Shown piece after piece: positions 11,874 through 24,218 of a DNA stretch of 64,000 bases; positions within the stretch are counted from its first letter, which is position 1, and every line of letters starts with the position of its first letter. The position numbers and the translations under genes were made by a program. The DNA lies in NCBI RefSeq assembly GCF_018350175.1, contig NC_058383.1:6016001-6080000 (forward strand). Direction: 5' to 3'. Below the pieces are notes generated by a model, which worked only from the letters and a program-made list of their open reading frames with translations, searched no databases and had not been told where the DNA came from. The stretch comes from Felis catus (lineage: Eukaryota).

Positions 11874-12061
11874 TTATTTTTTGTAATGTTTATTTTTGAG
11901 AAAGAGAAAGAGAGAGAGAACGTGTGAACAGGGGAGGGGCAGACAGAGAGGGAGACACAGAATCTGAAGCAGGCCCGACGTGGGGCTCAAACTCATGAAC
12001 CGTGAGATCATGACCTGAGCCCAAGTCAGACGTTTAACCAACTGAGCCACCCAGACACCCC
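11874..12061 (-). mobile_element. Can-SINE (short internal deletion)
   Basis: Reverse body lacking the TCCAGGCTCTGAGCTGTCAGCACAGAG segment. Confidence 0.92.
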
Positions 12062-12635
12062 TATTCTTTATTTTTAATGTGGCCCATATTCTATTTCTAT
12101 TTGGGTGGCACTCTTCTGGAATCTTCTCTGCTTCTTTCACCAGGACTGTTTCCTGAGTACCCTTCAGCTGAAGAGGAACTCCTCTTAGAAACTCAGCCTC
12201 GACCATCCTTGTTCATCTTGAGGCTGTATGAACGCCCTTGACTTCCAGAAAAGAAAAGCACAGAGGTGAAAATTGTAAAATATTGTCTCATTTTTGGCTT
12301 ATCTCCCCATCACTCCCTTCTGTGGGAATGGAGACGCCCACGTGTTCTAGCACTTTCTCTCCTGTCTCTCTCTCCCCTCTTGCTCTGCCCTTCAGTGACA
12401 TCTCTTCTCTTCTACCTCTAGCGGCCCACATGTGTGTCCTCAGACACCCGAAGGGCGTTGGGAAGGGGGGAGACCTGGAAGGTGCAGCCAGGACCCTAGG
12501 ATAGAAGCCGCAGAAGGCGGGCTTCAGCTCCAAGAGAAAGAAATGCATGGCCTGTCACGGCCACAGCATGTGAGACAGGCCCCCTCGGGAGTCTGAGCAG
12601 AGGCCAAATGACCAGCACTGGGGTTACGGTGCAGC

Positions 12636-12800
12636 ACAGGCTCTCAAACACTCATCTGCACCAGAATCGCACAGAAAATACATTCAAAAGGTGGATTCCC
12701 AGGGATCCACGCCCCTAGAGGTTCTGAGTCATCAGCCCTGAGGTGGAGCCCCAAAGCCTGAGTTTTTACAAGGAGATCAAAGGAACACATTCTGAGAAGA
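12636..12800. mobile_element. MER5A-like hAT MITE
   Basis: CTCTCAAAC...CAGAATC...CCCTAGAGGTTCTGAGTCA...TTTTACAAG...TCTGAGAA. Confidence 0.6.
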
Positions 12801-13396
12801 GGAAATCCCTCTGCTGGCTGGGATTAACTCTAGTAGGCTATAGGGCTGGGTGCTAAATTGGTGTTTGTTGAATGGCTATATGCAACAACAAATAATGAAT
12901 GACTTTGAAGACCTATTAATACTCCTCTGGCCTCCTCCTGTCTTGGGTGAGGCAGGCAGCAGCTCTCGGAAAGGAGACTTTACCTCAGCAACAACCCTCT
13001 GGAGTCCTCAGGGGCCTGAAAAACTTGCTATCTTCAACAATGTTATATTAAAAGTCTTGGCTAACTTGACCTTGAGACAGAATCCTTCCAGCCCGAGCAT
13101 CCTTGACATTCTCAGACGAGCACTGGGTCTGAGTTAGTGACAAGAAACAGGCTACTTTATCTCCATGGGTCATGTGAGAGTTATTCCGCTCAGGCCGCCA
13201 TAACAGAATACCACAGACCGGGCAGCTCGAACACCCAAAATTAGTTTTCTCACAGTGCTGGAGGCTGGAAGTCTGAGGTCAAGGTGTCGGCAGGTTGGTG
13301 TCTCCTGAGGCCTCTCTCCTTGGCATATGGATGACTCTCTCTCTTCTCCCATGTCCTCAGTGGTCTTCTGTCCATGTGTGTCTGTGACCTAGTATC

Positions 13397-13629
13397 TTTT
13401 TTTTTTTAATTAAAAATATTTTTAATGTTATTTATTTTTGACAGAGAGAGAGAGAGGCAGAGCATGAGCAGGGGAGGGGCAGACAGCTAGGGAGACACAG
13501 AATCCGAAGCAGGCTCCAGGCTCTGAGCTGTCAGCACAGAGCCCGACGCAGGGCTCGAACTCATGAACTGTGAGATCATGACCTGAGCCAAAGTCAGACG
13601 CTCAACCAACTGAGCCACTCAGGTGCCCC
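13397..13629 (-). mobile_element. Can-SINE
   Basis: Reverse body ending CAGGTGCCCC. Confidence 0.95.
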
Positions 13630-13634
13630 TCTTC

Positions 13635-13857
13635 TTTTTTTTTTTTTTAAGTTTATTTATTTATTTTGAGAGAGAGAGCCCGAGCAGGGGGAGGGGCAGA
13701 GAGGGAGAGAGAGTAAGGGAGGGGCAGAGAGAAAGAGGGAGACAGAGAATCCCAAGCAGGCTCTGTGCTGTTAGCGCACCATCTCACAACTGTGAGATTG
13801 TGACCTGAGCTGAAATCAAGAGCCCAATGCTCAACCAACTGAGCTACCCAGGCACCC
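13635..13857 (-). mobile_element. Can-SINE (different subfamily, AATCAAGAG-type)
   Basis: Reverse body ending CCCAGGCACCC. Confidence 0.92.
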
Positions 13858-15839
13858 GTCCTAATCTCTTCTTATGAGGACACTGGTCCTATTGGTGAGG
13901 GTCAACCCTACTGACCTCATTTTAACTTAATTCCATCTTTAAAGACCTCATCACCAACTACAGCCACATTCTCGGGGCCCAGAGGTTAGGACATCAACAT
14001 ACGAATTGGGAAGGGGACCCAGTTCAGCCTGTGACCATTTGCAATCAGAAATTTCTGATTTCCAAAGGGTGGTGGGTCCCCATTTATTGGAATGGAGCCT
14101 ATACCCCAAAACCCATGGAGGTCAGGACTCCTGTGGACGCCCAGATCTCACAAAAAAAAAGTGAAACAGAGTCATTCCCATATGTTCTGCATATGACGTG
14201 GTCACAATGTTGGTGCCACTTCTGTGGCTAAGAGGTGGCACACAGGGTAGTTTCCTTAGTCACCACACAGAGGGGGCTCTGTCCTGCCTGCCCCATGGAC
14301 ACCCTTCCTGACATGACCCCCTGTCTGGGCACAGCCTCCCCCTCCCTGATCTTTCTCTGTCTTTTCTCACATTTGGGCTTGGGGGAGGTTGAGTCACTGA
14401 AGGAGCTTGACAGAATGGCTCACAAAAGTGGTTTTATTTTAATAATTATCAGCCCCAGATGCTTCCCCTGTGAGGCTCCTCACTTGAGCTGTGATAAACA
14501 CAGCAACCGGAAAGTCACTTTATTAAACCATAAATGTTTGCCACAAATCACAACTAAATTAGCCCTTGGTGGAAGATGCACAAAAGCCCAGCCTGCTGCT
14601 TTCATTCCGTGAGTTGGGGAAAGGTAAAAACACACTTGGAACACTGTCTCATTAGGCTATAAAAAATCCCCAATGCCTGCGGGTTTGGACGTGCGTGACA
14701 TAAATGCACATGAGTGGGCACGTGTGTGTCGAGGATGTTGAGAGTGGAAGGGACAGGAGCAGAAATTGCCCTTGCTGCCATCCCAGGCACACTGGTCCCC
14801 ACCTCAGCCCACCTGTCTGTCAGTCCTGCTGCCGAGCAGAGGGCCACCAGCACAGGACTGGTCCCGCCCTGGGGGGCCCCAGATCTCCCTCCACCTCAGT
14901 AATGCCCACATTGGAGCAACGACCATCCAGGGACCCAACGCTGCAAAAACTAAGCCAGGAACCCCTCTCCCAATATGTTCTTGAGAATCCCTGCTTCTCT
15001 CTTGGACTCCTTTTTTAAAGCTGTAAAATGGAGGAAATGGGGTAAATCAGTGGTTTTCAAACCATACCCCATGGAACCCCAACAGAGACACATCAGAGAC
15101 CCCAGTGATGATCCAGGGGCAGTCTGAGCGGGCAGGCTCCAAGCTCCCACTTCACTTCCACCCGAACAATTCTCTCTTTACCTGCTTTGTATGTGGTCCT
15201 GGAGGGGATTTGTTTTAAAGGGGTCTGAAACCAAAAACTGTTCACAATACACTTGACTTAACGGCCTCTAGGGAGGTTTCTGGTTCTAGGCTTCGTGAGA
15301 TTGTGATTCATTCATGTGATTCTGGGACCAGAACAGACTCTTGGTGGGGAGGGTCTCTTCCCAAGCTGCTCATCAGTGGATGGTCACCTCCACAGCTGTC
15401 TGGTGGTGGGGTCTTGTGACTCTACCTGGTATCATAATTCACCCAGTGCTTGCTGCTTGTTACTATGACTGACTGCTCCTATGTCCCCCGGAGGGCCTGG
15501 CTATGGTAAGTCAGAGCAATACAGGTGCATTTGTGTCACCAGTCCCCATTCCTGTGCCTGTGGCAGGCATCGCCAATCGATCACCATGCTTTCCTGCTGA
15601 GCCCAGACTGGCGCTATTCATTCCATTGTTCCAGATAGCCCCACCAATTGATATGCAAGAGCATGCAAGATACAACCTGCTTGCCATGCTTTTCTCCTTC
15701 CCTTCCTGAAAGAAAAGCCCCTGAAAACATGGGGACGGGCTTTGTTGTGGCTTGTACATGATGTTCTTCAAAGCATTTCCTTACCCATTCACGGGGAGCT
15801 TGGGGAAGATCTTCTGTATTTGTGGTGGCTCTTATCCAA

Positions 15840-16272
15840 GAAGGCCCCTTGCACACTGAACACAGCTGACCTGCGTAATCCCTGGGATGTTGTGGAAATG
15901 ACAGCATGACTTCAGACACTAGATTAAGTAAGACCTTGTGTCTTCTGCCTTGTTTTTTTGGGGGGGTCACTCTCCCTGGAAGAAACCAGCCACCGTGTTG
16001 TCAGGTGGTACCCTGTGGGGAGGCCCGCGTGCCACCAGCAGCCAACACATGGCTTGCCAGCCATGCAAGCGAGCAGATCTTCCAGTCCCGGTCAAGCCTT
16101 CGGATGACGACAGCACCAAAAACCATCTTGACTGAACCTTGTTAGTGAGCACCCGGCTAAGCCACGCTCCCATTCCTGACCCACAGAAATTGTGTGAGAT
16201 GATAAATGTTTACTGTTTTATGCTGCCAAGACTCTGGGGGAATTTGTTATGCAGCCATGGGTGACTGTTACA
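15840..16272 (+). mobile_element. MaLR LTR (older MLT1 type)
   Basis: GGTCAAGCCTTCGGATGAC...TCCTGACCCACAGAAA...GGGGAATTTGTTATGCAGC. Confidence 0.8.
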
Positions 16273-18285
16273 GTATCTGAATCCACACGTGCCGGAGCAG
16301 AGTGGGGCACTCCAGCACAGAGAGAGGTACTATGGTGATGTCACAACTAATCACGGATTGTCACAGAGCTCTGTAAATAGAGGATAATTTGACCCCAAAC
16401 AAGGTGGGAGGTTAGTAAGGAAACGGAGTGGGAGTTTCTTTGACGTGGTTCTGACTCACCCAGTGATTCCTCACTCCGGTTTCCTTTTCCTGCCATCTCT
16501 GCTTGTGGAAGCACATCTCGGACTGTATTTACAAATCAAAATCAGAAAGCCTCAGATCTCTCTCACCCTGAGAACTTCTCATCTAAAATCACAACCAGGA
16601 GGCCTAAATAAAGAGAAAAGAAGGAACAAAAGGAAGAAAAAGGAACGTTTTGGTCTCCCACTGCCCTTTCTCTTTCTATTAAAATACTTGTCCATCACGG
16701 TTATGAATCTTGAACCCTAATGAGTCGCCAAGCACTGCTGGTGTTTATTGCTGTGATATGAGACCTTTTTATGTTATTTGTTAGGACTGAAGCTAAGTCA
16801 TAGATTTACTGCTTTCCTCGTGACCGGTCTTAAAACGCGTGATTTAAGCTGTCAGAATGCAAATAACTCCAGATATCCTTGCAAATGGAGACACCAAGGA
16901 GGGTTTTATTGTTGGAAAGAAAATAGTGGATGACAAGTAATGCTGATAACAGTACAATGGACTCTATCCATAAAAGAAAATAGAAAGAGAAAAGAGACAC
17001 CAAAAGAAGGAGGAAAAGAGGGGAGGGAGAAGTGTTAACAGCTAAATCTCTGGCCAAACTTAATTTTAAAATCCAGACAACCAGCCTCCCTAACTCTTAC
17101 ACCATCAGTGGTCTGTGAAGTTAAATGTCCACTTTCCTGGCCTGTCTCTGGAATGTCTCCCCCCACCAGCTGACCTACAAATACTTTAGAGAGAGAGAGA
17201 GAGGACCCCATGACCTCACAATGGGTCCAATCGATGGATTCTTGGCTGCACATCGGCCACTCTCAATGCCGAACCGCCAGCCCGGTGCCCCCTAAGCCAA
17301 GGCTGCTCAGCCAATGTTTGTCAAGTGACCAAGTGAATGAAAGATGTGTCCTGTGCAGTTAACTGGCACCTGTGACTATGATCACGCTGGAGTCCTGACT
17401 GAGCCTGGCAAGGGAGATAATATTCCCATTTTACAGATGAGGTTAAAAGTCAGGGCCAAAGTTCCAGGGGGTCGTGGTGAAGGGAAGTGGGCTCCATCAA
17501 CCTGCAGCCGGTTTGTGCACCCTGCAATCAGCAGACATCCCATAGTGATGCCTTCTCAGCAGTAGAATGCAGGTTCCGGACATCGGCTGGAACTTCAGAA
17601 TATTCTGTCCCCTTCCTCTGATAGCAGCATCTTTCATGTTTGGAGGCTGGAGAGGCAGGGAGAAGGCAGCGCGGTCTCGATCGTCTTCCAGAGGGTCAGC
17701 CTCCCCTCCTTCTTGTCTCTGCTCAGTGCCCCTCAGCAGAGCTGTTCTTAACCTGACTGCACACTGGACTTACCTGGGAGCTTTAAAAAATACCACTGCC
17801 CTGGCCCTGGCCCAGAAAGTCTATAATTCAAAAGCACACCAGGACCGAGAAGAGCTGCCGCAGGGAGAGATGGTCACCTTCTAGGAAGAATGTTCCAGCT
17901 TCATAACCCCTGGGAAATACCGCCGTCTTGATGTTGGAGCTCTTGGACTTCAGTTCTGGAATCCGGGCCTCACCCCGGCCACCTGGCGATCTGTTTGAAA
18001 TGACAGATGTCGTCCCCAGCTTCTGATCCAGTAGCTTGGGTGGACCCAGGAAGCGGTGGCTTTGTTGAGAAACACGTGGCTGGAGAGATCCAGGAACTGG
18101 GCTGGGTTCGGATGGAGAGAAGTGGCTCTCTTCAACTCTCCCTTCGGCTGTGTCCTCTTAACCACGAAGGACAGGAGTGCTAACGGCTGCTATTGGGGAG
18201 TAGGTCGTGCCGAATCACCTGCAGGCAGCCATTGCTCTCTGTTAATGGGGGAAGAGCCTCCGGGGAGCCGCTGAGCCCAGGGTTA

Positions 18286-18311
18286 TAGAGATGTATATAT
18301 AGATGTATGTA

Positions 18312-18364
<53 letters not shown>

Positions 18365-18378
18365 ATATGTATATAGAT
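18286..18378. repeat. Compound (TG)n/(TA)n/(TGTA)n microsatellite
   Basis: Seen directly. Confidence 0.95.
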
Positions 18379-18924
18379 GTCACTTCTCAGAGTTGGTCTG
18401 CCATCACTGAGGTCGTGGTGGCCCCAGTGCAGGGCTGACCGCCATTCTGGATCTGCTGGGAATGCCTCCACCCCCAGTAGGTGCATTCGGATATAACTAG
18501 GCCAATGGGCACTGGACCCCACTGTGCGCCAGGCACTGCGCTGGGCCAGGAAGACAAGTATGAGGGACCCTGGGCCCATGGAGTGACCAACCAGGAGTAA
18601 ACAAATGATGAGGCCACATGAGGAATGGACACTAAGCAGTGGGGGAGTAGGACCATGGGGGCTTCGTGGGAAATGTAGCCTTGGGGGAGTGTCCTGGAAG
18701 AGGGAAGTTTTCTTAGGTAGACACTCAGATGGGGCAGAGTGACAGGGGTTGAGGAGACAGCGCTAAAGCCGCAGAGGCCTGATTCCCAGGGCCCACGAAG
18801 CCAGGGTAGGGGTGTAAGCCATGATCTTAAGAACAGCAGAGAGGCTTTGAAGGGTTTAGCGGGTGGTTCAGAAATGGGGCCAGCAGGAGGGGGCTTCATC
18901 TGCCACTGGTCTGGGCTGAGACCT

Positions 18925-19150
18925 AGGCTTTTGAGTCCAGAGGCCAGGTGTAGACCCTGGCTGTGTCACTTCCTGTGGGGACTCCCTGGGCAAAGTCTCT
19001 ACTCTCCTTGCTTCCCATTCCCGCTATTGTAAAATGGGGGTGAGGGTACCTGCCACATGGGGAGGGGGAGGGAGCATGCAGTGTCACAATGCCTGTGAAA
19101 CATTCAGCACAATGTCTGCCCCATGACAAGCTGCCAATAACTGTCAGCTC
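18925..19150. mobile_element. MIR
   Basis: GGCTTTTGAGTCCAGAG...TGTAAAATGGGG...GTACCTGCC...TTCAGCACAATGTCTG. Confidence 0.7.
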
Positions 19151-19267
19151 TTACAATTATTCCCCTGCAGCTCCTAACATAGTCCCAAACATATCTGATG
19201 TTTAGACTATATGAATGAATGAATGAATGAAGTCCAGCCTCATTTAAAAAAAAATTTTATTTATTTA

Positions 19268-19470
19268 GGGGTGCCTGGGTGGCTCAATTAGTTAAGCATC
19301 CGACTTCAGCTCAGGTCATGATCTCACAACTCGTGGGTTCAAGCCCTGCATCAGGCGCTGGGCTGACAGTTAACACCCTGGAGCCTGCTTCGGATTCTGG
19401 GTCTCCCTCTCTCTCTCTCTCTGCCCCTTCCCCACTTGTGATCTGTCTCTCTATCTCTCAAAAAAATTTT
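19268..19470 (+). mobile_element. Can-SINE inserted into the tail of an oppositely oriented SINE
   Basis: Full + strand body starting GGGGTGCCTGGGTGGCTC. Confidence 0.93.
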
Positions 19471-19639
19471 TAAGAGAGAGAACATGAGCAGGGGAGGGGC
19501 AGAGAGAGAAGAAGAAAATCCCAAGCAGGCTTTCTGTTAGCACAGAGCCAGACGGGCTTGAACCCATGAACCGTATGATCACGACCTGAGCCAAAAGCAA
19601 GAGTCAGATGCTTAACTAACTGAGCCACCCAAGTGCCCC
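19471..19639 (-). mobile_element. Can-SINE (tail remnant at about 19246-19267)
   Basis: Reverse body. Diverged TSD GTCCAGCCTCATTT / GTCTAGCCATATTT brackets both SINEs. Confidence 0.9.
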
Positions 19640-19896
19640 GGTCTAGCCATATTTTATAAACATAGGACCTGAGAAGGTCAGGTCAATCAAATCTATGGCC
19701 CAGGGCAACACAGGTATCAAGGAACAATTTAAGACAGATTTGTACACTGAGCATGAAGGGCCAAAATAATAATGCAAAGCCCTCCAAAATACTGCAGTGC
19801 CTTCATCAAAGCTCTCTCAGGAGAGACACAATAAAGCGATGGTCCGAACTGGAGTTGTCACTGAGTCTTACCATATTTCTGTTATTTTAAAGTTCT

Positions 19897-20260
19897 TGTA
19901 TTAGTCCGTATAGGAGAAGCTTTGTGCATTAACAAAATAACCCTAACATCTCAACGACTCAACACAACACAGATTTCATTCTAGTTCACAGTCTATATCC
20001 AGCACATGTAGGCAGGACCAGTGGAGGGACTGGATATATTTTCTCCATGCAGTCATTCAGGGATCCAGGTTGATGGGGGGCCTTCTCAACCATCCAGACA
20101 GGGGAAGGAGAGGCTGGGGGATGGTGCCTCCTTTTCGGTGCCTCGGCTTGGAAGTGATACACGCCGCTTCTCGTACATCATCAGCCAGACGGGGGCTAAC
20201 AGCAAGGATGCTGCTGCCAGGAGCTGGGAAGGAAGAGGAGAACAGAAGATGGGTGCACAG
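19897..20260 (-). mobile_element. Ancient MaLR LTR (MLT1K/L-like)
   Basis: TGTATTAGTC...TAACAAAATAACCCTAACATCTCA...CAGTCATTCAGGGATCCAGGTTGATGG. Confidence 0.65.
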
Positions 20261-20479
20261 GAGTAATATCCACCCCAGTTCTTAATCCCCCTTTATTTTC
20301 TAATGAGAACTTTTCATCAAGACTCTAGAGCAGCTAGGTGGGTCAGATTCACAGAAATCTGACTTGAAACTTTCTATGCCTCCTCTTTTCTCCAAGGCAG
20401 GACCGTGATTCGCCTGTATGACCTCTCTCTGTAGCTTGTAGAGACACAGGCAGAGAGCATTACAGATCTGTGGTGGCCT

Positions 20480-21060
20480 TTGCTATACGTTTTATGCTTT
20501 GATTTTGTCCATGCTCATGTTCATTGTAAGGCTGCTATTCCTTTATTTAGCCAATTTGACGGCGACAAATCCAAGCCTGGATGGAGAGTAGGGGGTTAAA
20601 TTAATCTGACAACAGTATCCTTGCTATTACAGGGGAGCTTGTAACATCAGTTGGGCTGATTTAACAAAATTTATAATGTATTCCGCAGTTGATGGCTTGA
20701 GCCTAATTGAACACAAATTTATAATACCATCCAGTGTTGTAATTAAAATGTGGTAAAATTAGCCCATCAAATATTGTATATACACACACTCTCACAGAGC
20801 CATCAACGGCTTTGTTTTGTATACGGTCAATTACGTTTTCAAAGTGGAATCCTCAGAAGAATCCATCAGACATTTCGAGATGAAAAGAAACCAATTGAGG
20901 ACTTAAGCCTGCTCTAAATTGACCAGGAAACACCCGGAAAATTGTTTTCAAACAATGAGAGAAATTAATTTTCCAATGCAGTGATTTTGGGGTGCAATTA
21001 GTCTCCCACGTTATTTGAATGACCACAGGATGAAAGAGACCCCGGTGGTGGCTCAGATGC
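20480..21060. promoter_or_regulatory. Candidate conserved non-coding element or enhancer
   Basis: Repeat-free AT-rich island in a GC-rich setting, with many TAAT/TTTAT homeodomain cores and AAATTTATAAT twice. Inference only. Confidence 0.5.
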
Positions 21061-21573
21061 ATGAAAAGGGAGTTGTCTGTGTATCTCGGTCTAGAGTCCA
21101 GGCCATGCAGGAAAGAGAAGAAAAGACATCCGTCCCTGCCCCCCAAAACCACGATGACCCTTAAAAGGCTGACCTGCTTCAAGGTGGATCATTGTGCGGG
21201 CTTCCTTACCTACAATGACTCTTTTTTATGTGACGACTTATTCTACCACAAGGGCATCTTCAGATCAAAAATTACATTTGAGTCTAGACATACTCTTTCC
21301 TTAAATATTTTAAGAGGAGAATAAAAGGAATGTGGGGACACAGTGCTAGTGATGGGGAAACCGTTCTCACCACCAGGGACTCGTGTTTGCATTTTTATTA
21401 GCCTTCTGCTGAGGTAGAGCGGCTGGGGCTCTGTCTTCAACTTGGAAAAAGCAGAGGAAGGGGTGGCCTAATAATAAGATGTCTTGGTTGCTCCTCTTAT
21501 TTGGGGCATACACACTGATCTGCTCTGGGCAGCAGGGTGGGGTCCTCCACCCGAGCCAGCCCCATTCTCCCCT

Positions 21574-21590
21574 CACTGCCCCCTGGCGGT
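21574..21590 (-). promoter_or_regulatory. CTCF-binding motif
   Basis: Minus strand reads ACCGCCAGGGGGCAGTG, a close match to the CTCF core CCRCYAGRKGGCRS. Confidence 0.6.
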
Positions 21591-21622
21591 GTTGGGTTGA
21601 ACTTGGCGTTAGCAGAAGGCAA

Positions 21623-22266
21623 GTGTAAGACCCCCAACTTCAAGCTCAGGGTCTTTCAGGTTGGATCATCCGCTAGAACAACTCATGGGACTCAGGAAAG
21701 CACTGTACTTACTGTTACAGTTTTATTAGAACAAAGGGAGACAAAGGGCAAAGTCGGGCAGGAGCCCAAATTTGAAGCTTCTGCGGTCCTCTCCCCATCG
21801 AGTCCCAGACGGTGTTTCCCCCTCCCAGCTGTGATGTGTGACAATCGCTCAAAGAATATATTGCCAGTCAGGGAAGCTCTTGTGAGCATCAGTGTCCTGA
21901 GTTTTTATTGGGGTTTCACGGTATAGGGATGACTGAATCCCCTGGCCTCGCGGCTGAGTCTCCAGCCCCCTCCCCTACCACAGGTCAGGCTAATAATACA
22001 TGCCTGAAAGCCCCCAGGGCTCTAATCATGTGGTTGGTCTTTCCACTGTGGCCAGCCTCCACCCTGAGCCATCCCCTAAACCTAAGCTATCTAGGAGTCT
22101 ACCAGAGTCACCTCATTAGCATAAATGATCAGCTGTGGCCTGAGGGTCTCATGAATAACAATGACCCTTCCATTACTTGGGAGATTCCCAGTGCTTAAAG
22201 GTTACCTCGCAGGAGCTCGGATCAAGGCCAGACCTCTTTTTGGGAGAAGTCAAATTCCTTAGACAC
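21623..22266. mobile_element. MER21-family LTR
   Basis: CTAGAACAACTCA...ACTCAGGAAAGC...AAGCTATCTAGG...CACCTCATTAGCATAAA...GAATAACAA. Homologous to the 9068-9965 copy. Confidence 0.8.
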
Positions 22267-22457
22267 AAGGTGACATTCCTCCCTGGGAAGAAAAACTAAC
22301 TGTGCCTCGTCAGGTTTTACCTGTGGGCAGACTGAGCCAGAGATGCCCAGAGAGGCCAGGCTCTTCTCCCATGTTGCCCAAACCACACACACATCCGATC
22401 ACGTCTCTCCACCCTCACCCCTGGAGTTGCATCGACCTCTCACTGTGCCCTCTTCTT

Positions 22458-22637
22458 TTTTTTTTTTTTTTTTTTTTTATTTATTTTGGGAAAGAGAGAG
22501 AGTGCGAGCAGGAGAGGTGCAGAGAGAGGAGAGAATCTCAAGCAGCCACGTGGGGCTTGATCCCACAAACCGTGAGATCATGACCTGAGCCAAAACCAAG
22601 AGTCAGATGCTTAGCCAACCAAGCCACCCAGTGGCCC
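22458..22637 (-). mobile_element. Can-SINE
   Basis: Perfect 19-bp TSD CTCACTGTGCCCTCTTCTT at 22439-22457 and 22638-22656. Confidence 0.95.
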
Positions 22638-22805
22638 CTCACTGTGCCCTCTTCTTATAAGGACACCAGTCATGCTGGATTAGCATTCATCCTAATGACG
22701 TCATCTTGATTACATTGGCAAAGATCCTATTTTCAAATAAGGTCACATTCACAGGTACTGAGGTTGGCACTTAAACACATCCTTTTGGGGGGATGCAATC
22801 CAACT
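22638..22805 (-). mobile_element. MaLR LTR fragment (MLT1B/C-like)
   Basis: TATAAGGACACCAGTCAT...GCAAAGATCCTATTTTCAAATAAGGTCACATTCACAGGTAC. Confidence 0.85.
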
Positions 22806-23609
22806 TGGAAGACAAAGAAGATTCTGGACATTCCTGTCTTGCTTATATCCTGTCCTGGATCCCCCTGCCCACCATCCCCAGCCCCACAAAAGTCCCTACT
22901 GGAAGGAGAGACGATGTCATTACCGGGCCCCAACGACACCGGGTGCACATGCTCAGCAGATAGAACCTGCCCTGTGCCGGGAGCAAAGGGGGCCCCCGGT
23001 GCCCTCGGGGTCTCCCTGCTGGGCTGGGGGGACCAGGCCTCACGTCTGCAGTGGGGCCAGGCCGGGCATCCGGGGTCAATGCCCAAGCAGGGAGCCCACT
23101 GAAACAGCAGTGGGTGTCAGCGTGGTGTGAGGCCACCCTCTCTGTTGTGGTTGGTACAGGGTCCAGGCCTCCACGGAGACGGTAAACACTCCAACCAGGG
23201 AGCCCACTAGTGGCTTGTGCAAGACGCAGCAGGGTTGGCTGGGGGCTTCTCCAGGGAGGGGACATCGTGTCCAGGCTGGGCCTGAGAAGGGCCCTGCTTT
23301 CACAGGGAGAACAACTACCCTCATCTCAGGGAAGCTGGTTCTTAATTACTTTAATCTTTCTCTCAGCTCTTTGCAGCTTTTCTTTTATCCAAGCAAGTCA
23401 GCCCCCGCCCCCCACTGCATCCTGGGAGCAGGTGGGGCAGGAAGTCTGTGCAGGGAGACTGTCCCTAACCTCGGCTGCTTGAGGGGAGGGTGGGAGGGCG
23501 TCATCTTATCCCCACAGTTAATCCTGAGGTCTGCTGTGACACGCCCGCTCCCAGCGCATCCTGGGGTCCCCCCACTCCCCGTGCACCCCGCAGCCATGCA
23601 TTGGCTCGA

Positions 23610-24218
23610 GCTACTGTAACAACGCACCCTCACCCTGTGCAGCTTTGACAAGACAAGTTCACGGTCTCACAGTTCTGGAGGCGAAAGTCCCCACTCAAGG
23701 TGTCTTAGGGCTGTGAGGGACAGTCGTGTTCCGAGGCTTTCTCTAAGCTTCTGGAAGTTCCCTGGCTTGTGGCGACATAAGTCCTAACCTCATGCGGTGT
23801 TGTGCGTGTTCAGGCACGTGTGCATGCGTGTGCCTGTGTCCACATGTCCCCCTCCCCTTTTTTTTAATGTATCTTTTTAAAAATGTTTATTTTGAGGGGG
23901 GCGGGGCAGAGAGAGAGAGTGAGAGAGAGAATCCCAAGCGGGCTCTATGCTGTCAGTGAGGCTCGAACTCAGGGATCGTGAGATCGTGACCTGAGCCGAA
24001 ATCAAGAGCCAGACACTTAACCGGCTGAGCCACCCGGGCACCCCCGTACATCCTCCTTTTTAAGAGGACATTGGTCATATTGGATTAGGGTCTATCCTAA
24101 TGATGTCATTTTAACTCTGTAGAGACCCGATCTCCAAAACGAGGTCACATTCTGGTGTCCTGCGGTTTAGGATTTCAACATACGGATTTGGTGGGAGACG
24201 CGATTAAAGCCCTAACAC
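23610..24218 (-). mobile_element. MaLR LTR (MLT1-type) containing a SINE
   Basis: TCTCACAGTTCTGGAGGC...TCAAGGTGTC...GGTCATATTGGATTAGGG...GAGGTCACATTCTG. Confidence 0.8.
23858..24045 (-). mobile_element. Can-SINE
   Basis: Reverse body ending CCCGGGCACCCCC. Confidence 0.9.

Larger units (their letters stand above)
13173..14036 (-). mobile_element. MaLR LTR (MLT1A-like) containing two tandem Can-SINEs
   Basis: GCCATAACAGAATACCACAGAC...GGAGGCTGGAAGTCTGAGGTCAAGGTGTCGGCAGG. Resumes after the SINEs at CTCTTCTTATGAGGACAC. Confidence 0.9.

Noticed and set aside
9068..22266. Two MER21-like LTRs as the ends of one provirus
   Set aside because: The copies are too diverged from each other, and the 11.6 kb between them is ordinary mixed repeats and unique DNA with no gag, pol or env remnants.
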